A stretch of 64,000 bases of DNA from positions 217,310,001-217,374,000 of the forward strand of contig OX597814.1 of NCBI GenBank assembly GCA_951406725.2. Direction: 5' to 3'. Each line of letters opens with the position of its first letter. Within the stretch, counting starts at the first letter, position 1. Below the pieces are notes generated by a model, which was not told where the DNA came from, made no database searches, and worked only from the letters and a program-made list of their open reading frames with translations. Source of the DNA: Octopus vulgaris. Lineage: Eukaryota. This document shows positions 27,445-40,969 of this stretch, piece after piece. The translations under genes and the position numbers were made by a program.

Positions 27445-27641
27445 TTGTGTGTCTGTGCTTGTCCCCCTAGCATTGCTTGACAACCGATGCTGGTGTGTTT
27501 AGGTCCCCGTCACTTAGCGGTTCGGCAAAAGAGACCGATAGAATAAGTACTAGGCTTACAAAGAATAAGTCCCGGGGTCGAGTTACTCGACTAAAGGCGG
27601 TGCTCCAGCATGGCCGCAGTCAAATGACTGAAACAAGTAAA
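27209..27641 (+). mobile_element. SINE family B
   Basis: Full head GGCGCAGGAGTGGCTGTGTGG through the tail. Confidence 0.92.
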
Positions 27642-27662
27642 AGTGTAAGTGTAAGTGTAAAG

Positions 27663-27725
<63 letters not shown>

Positions 27726-27729
<4 letters not shown>

Positions 27730-28961
27730 GCCATCTCATAAGTTCTGTCCGATTTTACCTTTTTTAAAATTGAATGAAATTTAATGGTATTTTAGAATGT
27801 CTAATGGAATTAAAAATTATTTTTATGCATTTGTGTACATTTACACTAATTAAATGCTAATTTACAGAATAATAGAATTAAAATTTCTTTGATTAAAACC
27901 TTTCTGGCGTAGAAGTATCCAAAGAGCATTTAAGGCACATAATTCTTTATGAGTACAAAAAAGGAAACTCTGCAGCCGAAGCGACTCGAAACATACACCC
28001 AGTTTATGGGAAAGAATGCTTGAATGAAAGAATTGCAGAAGATAGTTTGCAAAATTTAGAAGTGGAAATTTCAGTCTTGAAGATGAAGATTGAACAGAAT
28101 GTCCAGTTGAGTTTGATGATAAGCTCCTTGAGGCATTACTTGAAGAAAATCCTGCATTATCAGTTGAAGAATTGGCAATAAAGCTTAGATCAAACCATAC
28201 AACTGTTCATCGTCATCTTCAACAACTTGGAAAGGTTCCTAAACTTGGAAAATGGGTGCCTCATGAAATGTCCGAAAGCAAACGCAAATCACGTGTTGAC
28301 ATCGGCTCGTCTTTCCATTCTCGCAAATTCCTTTCACCCTTTTTGAATAGACTTGTGATATTGAAATGTTAAATGTCGTAAATAGTGGGTTGGTTAAAGG
28401 GAAAAAACTCAACCACAACCAAGAAAAGGTTCTTCTCTCTGTCTGGTGGGATTGCAAAGAAGTATTTAACTTTGAATTGTTACCACCTAATGCAACAACC
28501 AATGCCCAAGTCTACTGTCAGCTATTAGAGCGTTTGAACCAAGCTTTGAAGAGAAAAAGACTCACTTTAGTGAATCGAAAAGGATTGATGTTTCATCGGG
28601 ACAATGTGCGACTCCACACTGCAAAGATCACATCACAGAAGATCGAAGAGCTTGGTTGGGAAAAATTCCTCATCCACTTTATTCTCCCAACGTTGCTCCT
28701 TCAGACTACCATTTGTTTCGTAGTTTACAGAATCATTTGGGGGACATAACTTTCGCAAGTCAGGAGGAGGTCGAAACTGACATTTCAGAGTTCTTCGCAT
28801 TGAAACCAAAAGAGTTTTACATTGATAGGATTGTAAATAGATGGAAGGAATTCATAGATAATCAGGGAAAGTACATTGATGATTAAATTTCAATTAAATA
28901 TAACATTTGATCACTTGTTTTCTTTATTCAAAATTCGGACAGAACTTATAGGATGACCTGA
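27726..28961 (+). mobile_element. Mariner transposon with pseudogenised transposase
   Basis: TIRs TCAGGCCATCTCATAAGTTCTGTCCGA / TCGGACAGAACTTATAGGATGACCTGA; WVPHEM, FHRDN and HPLYSPNVAPSDYHLF motifs; stops and frameshifts. Confidence 0.93.
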
Positions 28962-29065
28962 AACGTTAAACCCTCCTTCTTCCCTTCTTTCCTGAGCGTC
29001 CAATAATACTATATTTGTTCCACGTCCTCGCGTTGTTGTGTTTTTTTGTGCTTTCTTGTTTGGAT

Positions 29066-29070
<5 letters not shown>
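28960..29070 (+). mobile_element. Hammerhead-module family P1, truncated at GAAACG
   Basis: Matches 49324-49442; ends in (TA)n. Confidence 0.75.
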
Positions 29071-29144
<74 letters not shown>

Positions 29145-29284
29145 CTAACATGTATATATATATATATGTATGTATGTATATATATATATATATTCGTTTT
29201 GGAAGGACCCTGTTATCTCCCCTACTGTCCCTCTAGCGTCTAACATCTGACCTCTGACCTCTGCCTGAAGTCAGAACGCCATGA

Positions 29285-29610
<326 letters not shown>

Positions 29611-30289
29611 CTTGAAGGCTCGGATTTCCTTTTCAAACAAGGACAGAGGTTCACAATTAAAACTAGTTTCACCAGTGCCTCTGAGAACCTAATTTATGTA
29701 ATAACCTGCTCGTGTTGCAGTCATCAGTACATTGGACAAGCGAGTTTAACTTTGAGGAAGAGAATCACTCTGCATAAGGAGCAAATCCGTTTCCCGCAAT
29801 ACAAACAAATTCCTCTTAGTGAACACATAGAAAAATGTGCAGGTAACATCAAACCAAATTTTACAGTCTTCCCTTTCTACCGGTGCAAAGACACAATCTC
29901 TCAACTAGAACGCTTAAATAAAGAAACTTTCTTCATTGAAAAATACAAAACGCGTCTTAATAAGCACGCATAACCAATTTGTATATTTTTACATATTACA
30001 TCACTGTACATAAATCCACTACTAAACAAGGCCCCATTTTTTTAAACCTGTCTCTTTTCTGTATACATATTTATTCGCCACCCTAAACCTAAACAGTTAT
30101 CTCCCTTACACACAACACTAACAATAATAACAACCAATTACCTCCCTTTACTTGTCAACTTGTAAAATCATTCACTCGTGAATTTCATTAGAAACAACAT
30201 GGACCCATTTTCTTCTTCAGAAAAATATATTTTCATATAAATTAAACATTGTATCATGAATAGCGATTGCGAAACCGGTTGATACATTA

Positions 30290-30297
<8 letters not shown>
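29611..30297 (+). mobile_element. 5'-truncated Penelope-like element: GIY-YIG endonuclease end, 3' UTR and degenerate hammerhead
   Basis: [40 protein letters not shown], stop at 29973; GTATC-ATGAATA-GC..GC-GAAA-CCGG-TT-GATAC at 30251-30285; (TA)n on both sides. Confidence 0.85.
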
Positions 30298-30377
<80 letters not shown>

Positions 30378-30399
30378 ATATATATACATGTTAGTTCCC

Positions 30400-30661
30400 T
30401 TTTGGAATTGAATTTCGAAGCGATAAATGTTATCAATGATAGCATGTAAATATTGATTTTAAAAGTCCTTCTGGATACGCTTTGAGTGGGATTCGAAGTC
30501 ACGCTTTGGTCCAACGGTAGAACGCCTGTCATGCTTGTACGAGATGTGGGTTCGAATCCCTCGGTTAGCTTTCGACTTTTACTATCTAAATATTTTTCAG
30601 CCCAATATTTACATTCTGTTATATATAGCATTTACGTGCTTCGAGATTCAATTCCCCAAAA
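30400..30661. mobile_element. Element with about 55-bp imperfect terminal inverted repeats enclosing a tRNA-like sequence
   Basis: Arms 30400-30455 and 30603-30661; A-box TGGTCCAACGG and B-box GGTTCGAATCC at about 30503-30569. Confidence 0.6.
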
Positions 30662-30698
30662 TAAGATGAATTAATTCACGTTCTGTCATATGACAACA

Positions 30699-30738
<40 letters not shown>

Positions 30739-30746
<8 letters not shown>

Positions 30747-31236
30747 TCTAGTTGTGTGAGTGTCTGTCCCCTTCGATTTAGATTCCTAACTCCTCCCACA
30801 TTTTGCGGTGCAGTTTAACCAAATTCGGGTATCTTATAGTCGTGATTCATATCGAGCCCGTCTGACTATTAGCGCGCGTCAACGATGAGTCTACGATTTT
30901 AAAAATAATTTAACATAATTTTTTATTCCATTTTAATGCATAAAATGCATCGTATGTCGATGGCGGCGGATTTGGCGTCCACGCTCACAGCTGCACCTGT
31001 TTGCTTCTCCCCCTTCCCTCCCTCGTGAAGCTGTGGGGAAGGGAGTGTAAAGAAATCAACGTCGTAATGCGTTGTGAAGGAAACCAGCGTTCTTTTAGAA
31101 CAACGACTTCATGGCTTGAAGACACCAAAACAAAAATGGCTAAGAAAGCCCGAATTTATAAGGGAAGTAACTCTCTAAAAATGCTTATATAGTTATTTCC
31201 CTTACAAACCCAAGCAACGCCGGGCGATACTGCTAG
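30739..31236 (+). mobile_element. Non-autonomous Helitron
   Basis: 3' hairpin CCCAAGCAACGCCGGG followed by CTAG|T; same family as 58245-58604. Confidence 0.8.
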
Positions 31237-31252
31237 TATATATATATATATA

Positions 31253-31570
31253 GGATTCGACTCGATTGACCATGTTCAGTCCCCTGCAGGACGAGGGCCT
31301 CAGCATGTTTTCTCCAACCACACAATCTGAGGCAAAGGCCGTGAATCTGAGCTTGAGTTCATACCGGTTTGATGAGCCTACTCTGCTATACTGGACCGAC
31401 TTTGCTTGGCAGAGGGATGCTGATTGCATATTCATACCCAGAGTAAAGTCGACTGCATCGACCCCAGTGCTCAGCTGGTACGTATTTCATCAACTCCCTT
31501 AAGGATGAAAGTCGACCTCGGCGGAATTTGAACTCAGAACGTAAGGACGGACAAAATGTCGCTTAGCATT
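31253..31570 (-). mobile_element. SINE family C variant with an alternative RTE-like tail
   Basis: Core continues on - into about 190 bp ending GAGGCCCTCGTCCTGCAGGGGACTGAACATGG. Confidence 0.65.
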
Positions 31571-32354
31571 TATAATAATCCTTTCTGCTATAGGCCAGCG
31601 ATTTAAGACGGACGAAATTCAACTCCGCTAAGCATTTCACCCGGGGTGCTAAAGATTCTGCCAGCTCGCCTATACACACACACACACACACACACACACA
31701 GATAGATAGAGGTGAGGGAGCTAGAGAGGGAGAAGGAAGGGGGAAAGATAGATAAACTGATAGGCATAGATATATACGCATGCACGCGAGCGCGCACACA
31801 CAGATAGATAGAGAGAGAGACAGAGAGAGATAGGGGAGAGAGAGAAATCAGTGGTCCTAAGTTTTGGGATCTTCCCCCTTACCGCCATTTCGTAATACTT
31901 GGGGTCAAATGAAAAAGAACTGATGCACTTCATATGAATATATCTCAAAAACCTGTCTAAAAGTTAAAAATTCAGAAAAATAAATGAAAAATATTTCTCT
32001 GTTTTGTTAGTCATTCTTGTTTATAACAATGCGTCTATGTAGGTATATTGTAGCTTGCTGAAAGGACCGGCTCTTAGTAATGGGAAGTGTGTCAAATAAA
32101 AGCACGCAAAACTTTTATGAGCCACACAATGATTGGCGAAAGTGTAAGTCTAGAACGAATTGATTTGGAAGCACACCACCACTTTCTTTGAATATATTCT
32201 TATTTTCGCGGCACACCTATGTATGTATCTGTGTATATTGTATAAGAAGTCAGGTATGTATACTTGTGTACTAACCCACTAAAGCATGTATAAAATCTGC
32301 AGCTACACAAGTATATACATCTATCCATCAGTTACAAAATGATTAATTTATTCT

Positions 32355-32732
32355 CTGTTATTCTTTTACTCTTTTACTTGTTTCAGTCATTTGACTGCGG
32401 CCATGCTGGAGCACCGCCTTTAGTCGAGCAAATCGACCCCAGGACTTATTCTCTGCAAGCCTAGTACTTTTGCCGAACCGCTAAGTTACGGGGACGTAAA
32501 CACACCAGCATCGGTTGTCAAGCGATGTTGGGAGTAGGGGGACAAACACAGACGCACAAACACAAACACATATATATATTTACATATACATATATACGAC
32601 GGGCTTCTTTCAGTTTCCGTCTACCAACTCCACTCACAAGGCTTTGGTCGGCCCGAGGCTATAGTAGAAGACACTTGCCCAAGGTGCCGCGCAGTGGGAC
32701 TGAACCCGGAACCACACAGCCACTCCTGCGCC
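32355..32732 (-). mobile_element. SINE family B with internal deletions
   Basis: Head and tail motifs. Confidence 0.9.
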
Positions 32733-32774
32733 TATTGTTATGTTAACATAAAAATCTACATTAGCATTAAATAT

Positions 32775-32990
32775 TGGTTTCAAATTTTGGTACAAAGCCA
32801 GCAATTTCGGGGGAGGTGGGTGAGTCGATTAAATCGACTCCAATGTTCAACTGGTACTTATTTTATCGATCTCGAAAGGATGAAAGGCAAAGTCGACCTC
32901 GGCAGAATTTGAACTCAAAACGTAGCGAAGAAAGAAATGCCGCTAAGCATTTTGCCCGGCACAGTAACGAATCTGCCAACCCGTTGCCTT
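32775..32990 (-). mobile_element. SINE family C
   Basis: Full core and head. Confidence 0.85.
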
Positions 32991-33654
32991 ATTAACATTA
33001 AATATTAATACTCATATTCATCTGCAAAGCCAGTACTTAAAAATCTAAGTCGACACTAACCTCAAATATTAATACCCATATTAATGACTTGTAGTGACAT
33101 GGTATTTCGTTATGCAACCATAATATACTACAAAGCGTATTAAACGTTTTAATAAATCAATAATGCGTACTACTGTGTTAGCAGTGCTTTTATATCACTT
33201 GTCAAGGTCATCTCTACGGTGGGTAATTCATCTTCGATCTCATTGTTTACATCCAGCATCTCGAATACGAAACGTAACAAAATCAGTGCTAGCTATAATT
33301 TCTATAAAATATCTGTAGCGACATCCTTTACTATTAATACCCATATGTAACGAAGTTCTTACTCAGGTGAAGAAATTCTTAAAGGCAATCTTTTAACATA
33401 AAACACTGAATTTGACATGTGCTCGTACACAAATTTAATCTGTCGCATCTATATCTACATGCATACTTGAATGAACCTTGATAACAGCTAAAAACCATCC
33501 GTTCATTTCGAAAACTGAATATAACCCAACAAGAAAACTTCTGACAAAATTCAACGATGCTTCCGAGACAAACGACTAAATGTGATCTATATGTGAACTA
33601 TCTACGACTTTGTACACCTATACAAATCTAACTTTGAGTACCCATATGTAAAAA

Positions 33655-33960
33655 AGGAGCACTCCGTCGATTACGACAACGAGGGTCCCCAGCTGATATG
33701 ATCAACGGAACAACTTGCTCGTGAAATTTACGTGCAAGTGGCTGAGCAATCCATAGACACGTGTACCCCTAACGTAGTTATCAGAGCGTGACAAAGCTGG
33801 CCCTTTGAAATACAGGTACAACTCATTTTTGACAGCTGTGTGGACTGGAGCAGCGTGAAATAAAGTGTCTTGCTAACGGTCACAATGCGTCGCCGGGAAT
33901 CGAACTCACGACCTTACAATCGTGAGTCGAATGCCCTAACCACTAAGCCACGCGCCTTCA
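33655..33960 (-). mobile_element. CORE-type SINE (OR2-like) with the family-A 3' tail
   Basis: tRNA head, AGCAAGACACTTTATTTCAC core, then TGTACCTGTATTTCAAAGGGCC..GACGGAGTGCTCC tail shared with family A. Confidence 0.8.
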
Positions 33961-34430
33961 CTACCCATACGCACATACATACTCAAATCCTTAACAATAA
34001 CATATCAACAATCAATAAATGCCTTCAGCTATCCAAAATGTTTTCAACATAGCTTTAACTTATCAAGCCAGAAAAATGTCCGCCATTTTTTTCTTTTCTA
34101 CTCCACCCTATTTAGACAAAGGTAGACGGGATGATTAAGTATTGGAATGTTTTTGGTCAAAGCATTGCTGTATCGCGCCTGAGTTGTACCTAAAACAACA
34201 ATGACATGCACAAATGTAAAACAACAACAACAACAAAAACAAAAACCACTACTACTACTACTACTACTACTACAACCAGCATCATCATTACCACTAATAC
34301 TAAACTAGTACAATCGCTACCACCCGTTATCTATACCAACGCCACTGCTTAACAACTCTCACCGTCCTTACTAACCCGTTAGCACCACCACCACTACAAC
34401 TACAATAAGTGACTACTACTACTACTACTA

Positions 34431-34491
<61 letters not shown>

Positions 34492-34822
34492 CACTACTAC
34501 TACTTCTACTAGTACTTTCCCCCTATCAACGATGATATAATAAGAAGGAAACGTTAACAGTGACCTTCGGCTTAGCGCTCGGCAGATAAATCAGTGACGT
34601 ATCAACAAACCCTTCCTCGAAACGACTTACAACATTGTTGTTACCTGGAAACGCGAGTTACCAGCTGTGCGTCTGAAACAAGAGGGAGGTGCCACTTTAT
34701 AGAGTTAATCATTTAGGAAGACAGATGGTACGCACACCCTCTTATCTCCTCACATCACACACCACACCTCAAGCCCAATACGCACGACAGAACCCGTGAA
34801 ATACACATAGACACTCTCGCGC

Positions 34823-35391
<569 letters not shown>

Positions 35392-35477
35392 CAAGCACGC
35401 AGCAAACATACAATAACAAATTTTCCACTTTTATAACGTGTCGATATCACCTACGCACGCAAACAACATTTTCGCGT

Positions 35478-35517
<40 letters not shown>

Positions 35518-35625
35518 ATGAGTTTATACGTAAGTTTCTATGTATATATCTAACTGAAAGTGTGTGCGTTTGTGTGTGTTTGTGCGTGTGCGCGCGCGCG
35601 TGTGTGTGTGTGTGTATATATGTGC

Positions 35626-35672
<47 letters not shown>

Positions 35673-36003
35673 TGTGCAAGTGTATCTGTTGGTGACGTGA
35701 TATGTCCAGTGCATTAGCACCTGTAAATCCCGTGTCGCCGGCCAGCCTATGTTAGTGAAGCGGAAAGTAGCCTGGTTATCCATATCCCTATACAGTAATC
35801 AACTTCTTCCCTAAAACCGCTGACTGACCCTAGCCACCATGCATTTACGTTAACTGGGTGTTCTGTAAGTCCTGGTTAAAGTCTCGAAGTAGCAGTTAAT
35901 ACAAGTGATACAGTCAGCTGGTTTATCTTCTTACGAGTCACTGCCCTGCTCTCTTGTGTGTGAGTCCAGGAAGGCAAAGACCTTGTTGAGGAATATAATA
36001 TAA

Positions 36004-36253
36004 ATAAATAAATGCCCCCTTTTAAAGCCTAGCCAGGCTCATGGGCCCGGTTTCCCGGTTTCTATGTGTTCCCCAGCTGGACGGGACGCCAGTCCATTGC
36101 AGCGTTACTCATTTTTGCCAGCTGAGTGGACTGGAGCAACGTGAAATGAAGTGTTTTGCTCAAGAACACAGCGCGTCGCCCGGTCCAGGAATCGAAACCA
36201 CAATCTTACGATCATGATGCTGATACCCTAACCACTAAGTCACGCGTCTCCAC
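36004..36253 (-). mobile_element. CORE-type SINE with a second tail type
   Basis: Same head and core as 33655-33960; tail AACCGGGAAACCGGGCCCATGAGCCTGGCTAGGCTTTAAAAGGGGGCA(TTTA)n. Confidence 0.8.
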
Positions 36254-36489
36254 TTGAGGAATATAGTCTGAAATAAAAACAAGTTGTGGTGGCCAGCATT
36301 AATGGTAGTCTCTGACAAACTGTAGTTGCGACAGCTACCTGTAGCTGAGAAGTACCGGTCATTTTGTCTCTGTATTCTATATTCTTTACAATGAATAAAG
36401 TTATACAACGGAATACTCGACCACAAACCCATTATAAAGTTTTATTGTGCAGTTATCTTTTCCTGCAACGCATTTCTTTTTTCTTTTTT

Positions 36490-36843
36490 TGGAAGCACTC
36501 CGTCGGTTACGACGACGAGGGTTCCGGTTGATCCGAATCAACGGAACAGCCTGCTCGTGAAATGAACGTGTAAGTGGCTGAGCACTCCACAGACACGTGT
36601 ACCCTTAACGTAGTTCTCGGGGATATTCAGCGTGACACAGAGAGTGACAAGGCCGGCCCTTTGAAATACAGGTACAACAGAAACAGGAAGTAAGAGTGAG
36701 AGAAAGATGTGGCGAAAGAGTACAGCAGGGATCACCACCATCCCCTGCCGGAGCCTCGTGGAGCTTTAGGTGTTTTCGCTCAATAAACACTCACAACGCC
36801 CGGTCTGGGAATCGAAACCTCGATCCTATGACCGCGAGTCCAC
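36490..36843 (-). mobile_element. SINE family A, head truncated
   Basis: Near-identical to the other copies. Confidence 0.9.
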
Positions 36844-37054
36844 GCATATCTTGGACCCCTCTAGAATTCTGGCCGATGTAGAAAGCCTAGCAACAGAAGG
36901 AAATCTGATCATACTGGAAACTTCTAATCAGAATCCAGCATGTCAGTGATACATGGCAACGGGCGTTGGCAACTAGAATTGAATGGCAGCAACCCTTGAG
37001 AGCTCATTTTCAGGAAAAGAAACTACATATCTCAATACATTCGATATGCATTCT

Positions 37055-37500
37055 ATATGTTTCTTTCTTAGCCACACAGGGCTGCACACAGACGGGACAG
37101 ATTACAAAGTAGAGCTTTTCTTTTTGGGAGAAAGAAAAAAGAAAAAAAAAAGGTGTGGTAGGTTTTCGATCAAAAGGGATCGTAAAAGGAAAAGAAGAAA
37201 AAAAAAAGAAAAAAGGAAAAGAAACAAAAGAAGAAAAAAAACGATCGATAGGGATCGTGTATCACAGTGTCATGATGTAAAGTGTAAAGGGGGAAGCAGA
37301 TAAGGTTTATCCGTGGGAAGAAAAGCATACGGAAAAGACCACGGTAACCTCGGTCAATATTGTTACATGTTACCACATTTGTTTGCAAGTAGGTAAACCT
37401 CTGTTTTAAATTTTCCGGGTTCATAGGATTATGCTCAAGGTGGCTTCGTCATTCATACGTGCCATCCTTGCTACATTCACCCATCTTTTTTTAAAATACC
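37055..37500 (-). mobile_element. 3' end of an L1/Tx1-like LINE
   Basis: Minus frame ends KRWVNVARMARMNDEATLSIIL*, then a pyrimidine-rich UTR ending CAGCCCTGTGTGGCTAAGAAAGAAAC; clade assignment is from memory of similar C-termini. Confidence 0.55.
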
Positions 37501-37515
37501 CTATAAGCATTCTAT

Positions 37516-37910
37516 ATGGCTGTGTGGTAAGTAGCTTGCTTACCAACCACATGGTTCCGGGTTCAGTCCCACTGCGTGGCACCTTAGGCAAGTGTCTTCT
37601 ACTATAGCCTCGGGCCGACCAAAGCCTTGTGAGTGGATTTGGTAGACGGAAACTGAAAGAAGCCCGTTGTATATATTTGTGTGTGTATATGTCTGTGTGT
37701 CGGTGTTTGTCCCCCCAACATCACTTGACAACCGATACTGGTGTGTTTACGTCCCCGTAACTTAGTGGTTCGGAAAAAGAGACCGATAGAAAAAGTACTA
37801 GGCTTCCAGAGAATAAGTCCTGGGGTCGATTTGCTCGACTAAAGGCGGTGCCCCAGCATGGCCACATTCAAATGACTGAAACGAGTAAAAGAGAAAAATA
37901 AAAAGAAAAG
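37516..37910 (+). mobile_element. SINE family B
   Basis: Head and tail motifs. Confidence 0.9.
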
Positions 37911-38237
37911 AGCTCATTAATGTTTGTCACGTGGAATATACAGACACTGCTTGAAGTCGGCAAGTCTGCCACAAAGCGGAACGGATCTCATAACAAGTAG
38001 ACTGATACGCTATAGTGAGATATTGTTACACTCAGCGAGATAAGATTCTTGGAAAAGGATTCTCTTATTGGGGTTTATGAGAGGGTATATATTCTTCTGC
38101 AAGATTATCTCTTGAAGGTAGACATATCTAAACTGAAGACCGAGACACCAGTTGGCATTATGTATGCATGAATGTATGTATGTATGTATGTATGTATGTA
38201 TGTATGTATGTATGTATGTATGTATGTATGTATGTAT

Positions 38238-38428
38238 ACTCTTTACTCTTTACTCTTTTACTTGTTTCAGTCATTTGACTGCTGCCATGCTGGAGCACCG
38301 CCTTTAGTCGAGCAAATCGACCCCGGGACTTATTCTTTGTAAGCCCAGTACTTATTCTATCGGTTCTTTTGCCGAACTGCTAAGTGACGGGGACGTGCAT
38401 CGGTTGTCAAGCAATGTTATGGGGACAA

Positions 38429-38465
<37 letters not shown>

Positions 38466-38466
38466 G

Positions 38467-38499
<33 letters not shown>

Positions 38500-38515
38500 T
38501 CGACAGGCTTCTTTC
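38238..38515 (-). mobile_element. SINE family B 3' half
   Basis: Tail and body up to the internal microsatellite. Confidence 0.85.
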
Positions 38516-38529
38516 ATGTCTATGGCATA

Positions 38530-38786
38530 TGTATGTATGATGCCATGTATGTGGTGTATGTATGTGTATGTATGTATGTACGTACGTATGTATGTATGTA
38601 TGTATGTATGTATGTATGTATGTATGTATGTATGTATGTATGCATGTATGTATGTATGTATGTATGTATGTATGTATGTATGTATGTATGTATGTATGTA
38701 TGTATGTATGTATGTATGTATGTATGTATGTATGTATGTATGTATGTATGTATGTATGTATGTTTGTATGTATGTATGTATGTATG

Positions 38787-38820
<34 letters not shown>

Positions 38821-38946
38821 TGTATGTATGTATGTATGTATGTATGTATGTATGTATGTATGCATGTATGTATGTATGTATGTATGTATGTATGTATGTA
38901 TGTATGTATGTATGTATGTATGTATGTATGTATGTATGTATGTATG

Positions 38947-38980
<34 letters not shown>

Positions 38981-39045
38981 TGTATGTATGTATGTATGTA
39001 TGTATGTATGTATGTATGTATGTATGTATGTTTGTATGTATATAT
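38530..39045. repeat. (TATG)n microsatellite
   Basis: Directly visible. Confidence 0.95.
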
Positions 39046-39273
39046 GTATATTTTGTGAAGAATTAATAATAAAAGCGAGATAATTTCGCAAAATTTGACG
39101 TTTCAGGCTCCGAGAAAGGTAAGAGTTAAATTTAAATGACGTTGCTGGTATTTTCCATTTTCGGAAACAGGATTTAGAGTGGAAAGAGAGAAAAGAAATA
39201 GGAAGAAAAGTTGAAAACAAGAAAGGAACCACCGAGGCAGAAATGCTTGCATGAATCTTGTCTATTTATACAT

Positions 39274-39306
<33 letters not shown>

Positions 39307-39794
39307 AATTTATAATTCATAAGTAACTAATTTCAGTCATCCGAAACCACGATAGTTAAAACTACAAGTTTCAACAAGGCATTGTATGTTCAGCCAGCCA
39401 TTTTGAATAGAGAACACAACTATTATACAACATTAAGCATACGTACTTATACACACCTGTGTGTCTTTGCGTGTATGTTTGTGTATACATATATACAAAC
39501 ATGCATGCATTCATACATACATAAATACATACATACATACATGCATGCATACATACATACATACATACACATCCATACATATACACTTGCATGAAATATA
39601 TAATTAAAGTATAGACTTATATAAGTATCGTATATATACACTACTTATATAATACTATACAGGTGTGTGTGTGTGGTAAGAAGCTTGCTTCCCAACCTAT
39701 AGTTCTGTTCAGTCCTACTGTGTGGCACCTTAGACAAGTGTATTCTACTATATACTCGGGCCGACCAAGGCCTTGTGAGTGGATTTGGTAGACA

Positions 39795-39855
<61 letters not shown>

Positions 39856-39877
39856 GTGACAATTATTCGGTATCTGT

Positions 39878-39938
39878 GATAAAACTCCGAGTTTCGGATG
39901 ACGGGGTGGAAATCCACGCCGCCATCTCTTCAGTTATC
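39878..39938 (-). ncRNA. Type-I hammerhead ribozyme motif, canonical core
   Basis: Minus strand: GATAA-CTGAAGA-GATGGCGG..CCGTCATC-C-GAAA-CTCGGAG-TT-TTATC; enclosed by inverted repeats 39850-39870 / 39946-39967. Confidence 0.75.
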
Positions 39939-40042
39939 CGGCCGGCCGGATAATTGTCACATATTACATTTATTGATAAATTCCTCTATTTATATAATAT
40001 CGAGCTCTCTTTCATTCTTTTGTCTTACCATTTCTATCAATA

Positions 40043-40097
<55 letters not shown>

Positions 40098-40144
40098 CAA
40101 TAAATGGTGGGGTTGTGTTGACCGCACGTGGAGAAATGATAGGC

Positions 40145-40600
40145 AAGGAAAAATTGTAAAAAGGCAGAATGCTAAATTGAATGAAAATTTTTATGAAAAT
40201 GGGTGTATGGAAAATTTTGAAAAATTGATAAAATATATATATATGTATATTAATTCAAATCGGTTTTCCCCACAATGTGACTTTTAAAGAATTATAAATA
40301 AATAAAAAAAAATCTCAAGATACACAAAGACTTTACAATGTATCGGAGTACCTATTTTTTAATTTTTGTATATATTTATTAGTATTTTTTTGCAAAATAC
40401 AATGTAATTTTCTTTTTTCCCCCTCCTCACATTTAAAAAAATTTTTTCTCTTTACAATTCTTGAAAAGTCACATTATGACGAAAACCGGTTTGAATTAAT
40501 ATATATATATATTTTATCAATTTTTCAAAATTTTCTATACACCCATTTTCATTAAAATTTTCTTTCAATTTAGCATTCTGCCTTTTTACAATTTTTCCTA
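40145..40600. mobile_element. Inverted-repeat module (arms about 40145-40310 and 40440-40600) with degenerate hammerhead; putative PLE pLTR pair
   Basis: Arms are reverse complements; CTTGAAAA-GTCA..TGAC-GAAA-ACCGGT in the right arm; next to (TA)n. Confidence 0.7.
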
Positions 40601-40969
40601 TATATATATATATATATATATACATATATACTTATACATATATAGCTAGCTAGATAGATTGATACATGCACACACGCACACACACACCACACACACACGC
40701 GCGATAAGGATTCAAGCGAACCAGGTGCCTAAATGGTAAGGCACCCTGTCCGGTCAAAATTTAAATGCATACACAACAAAAATAGACTAATATATACACG
40801 GGTACCGATGTACAAGCAGAAAGATATTCAGGTTATATCTACGATTAATTGAACCGACCGAGTATATCACTAGCCCTTGGGCTAATCAAGAAACGCACAT
40901 TGTATTAACTATACGATCCATAATATATTTCTGATCACTCGCGGAACAGGTTATGAGAGGGGGGAATTA

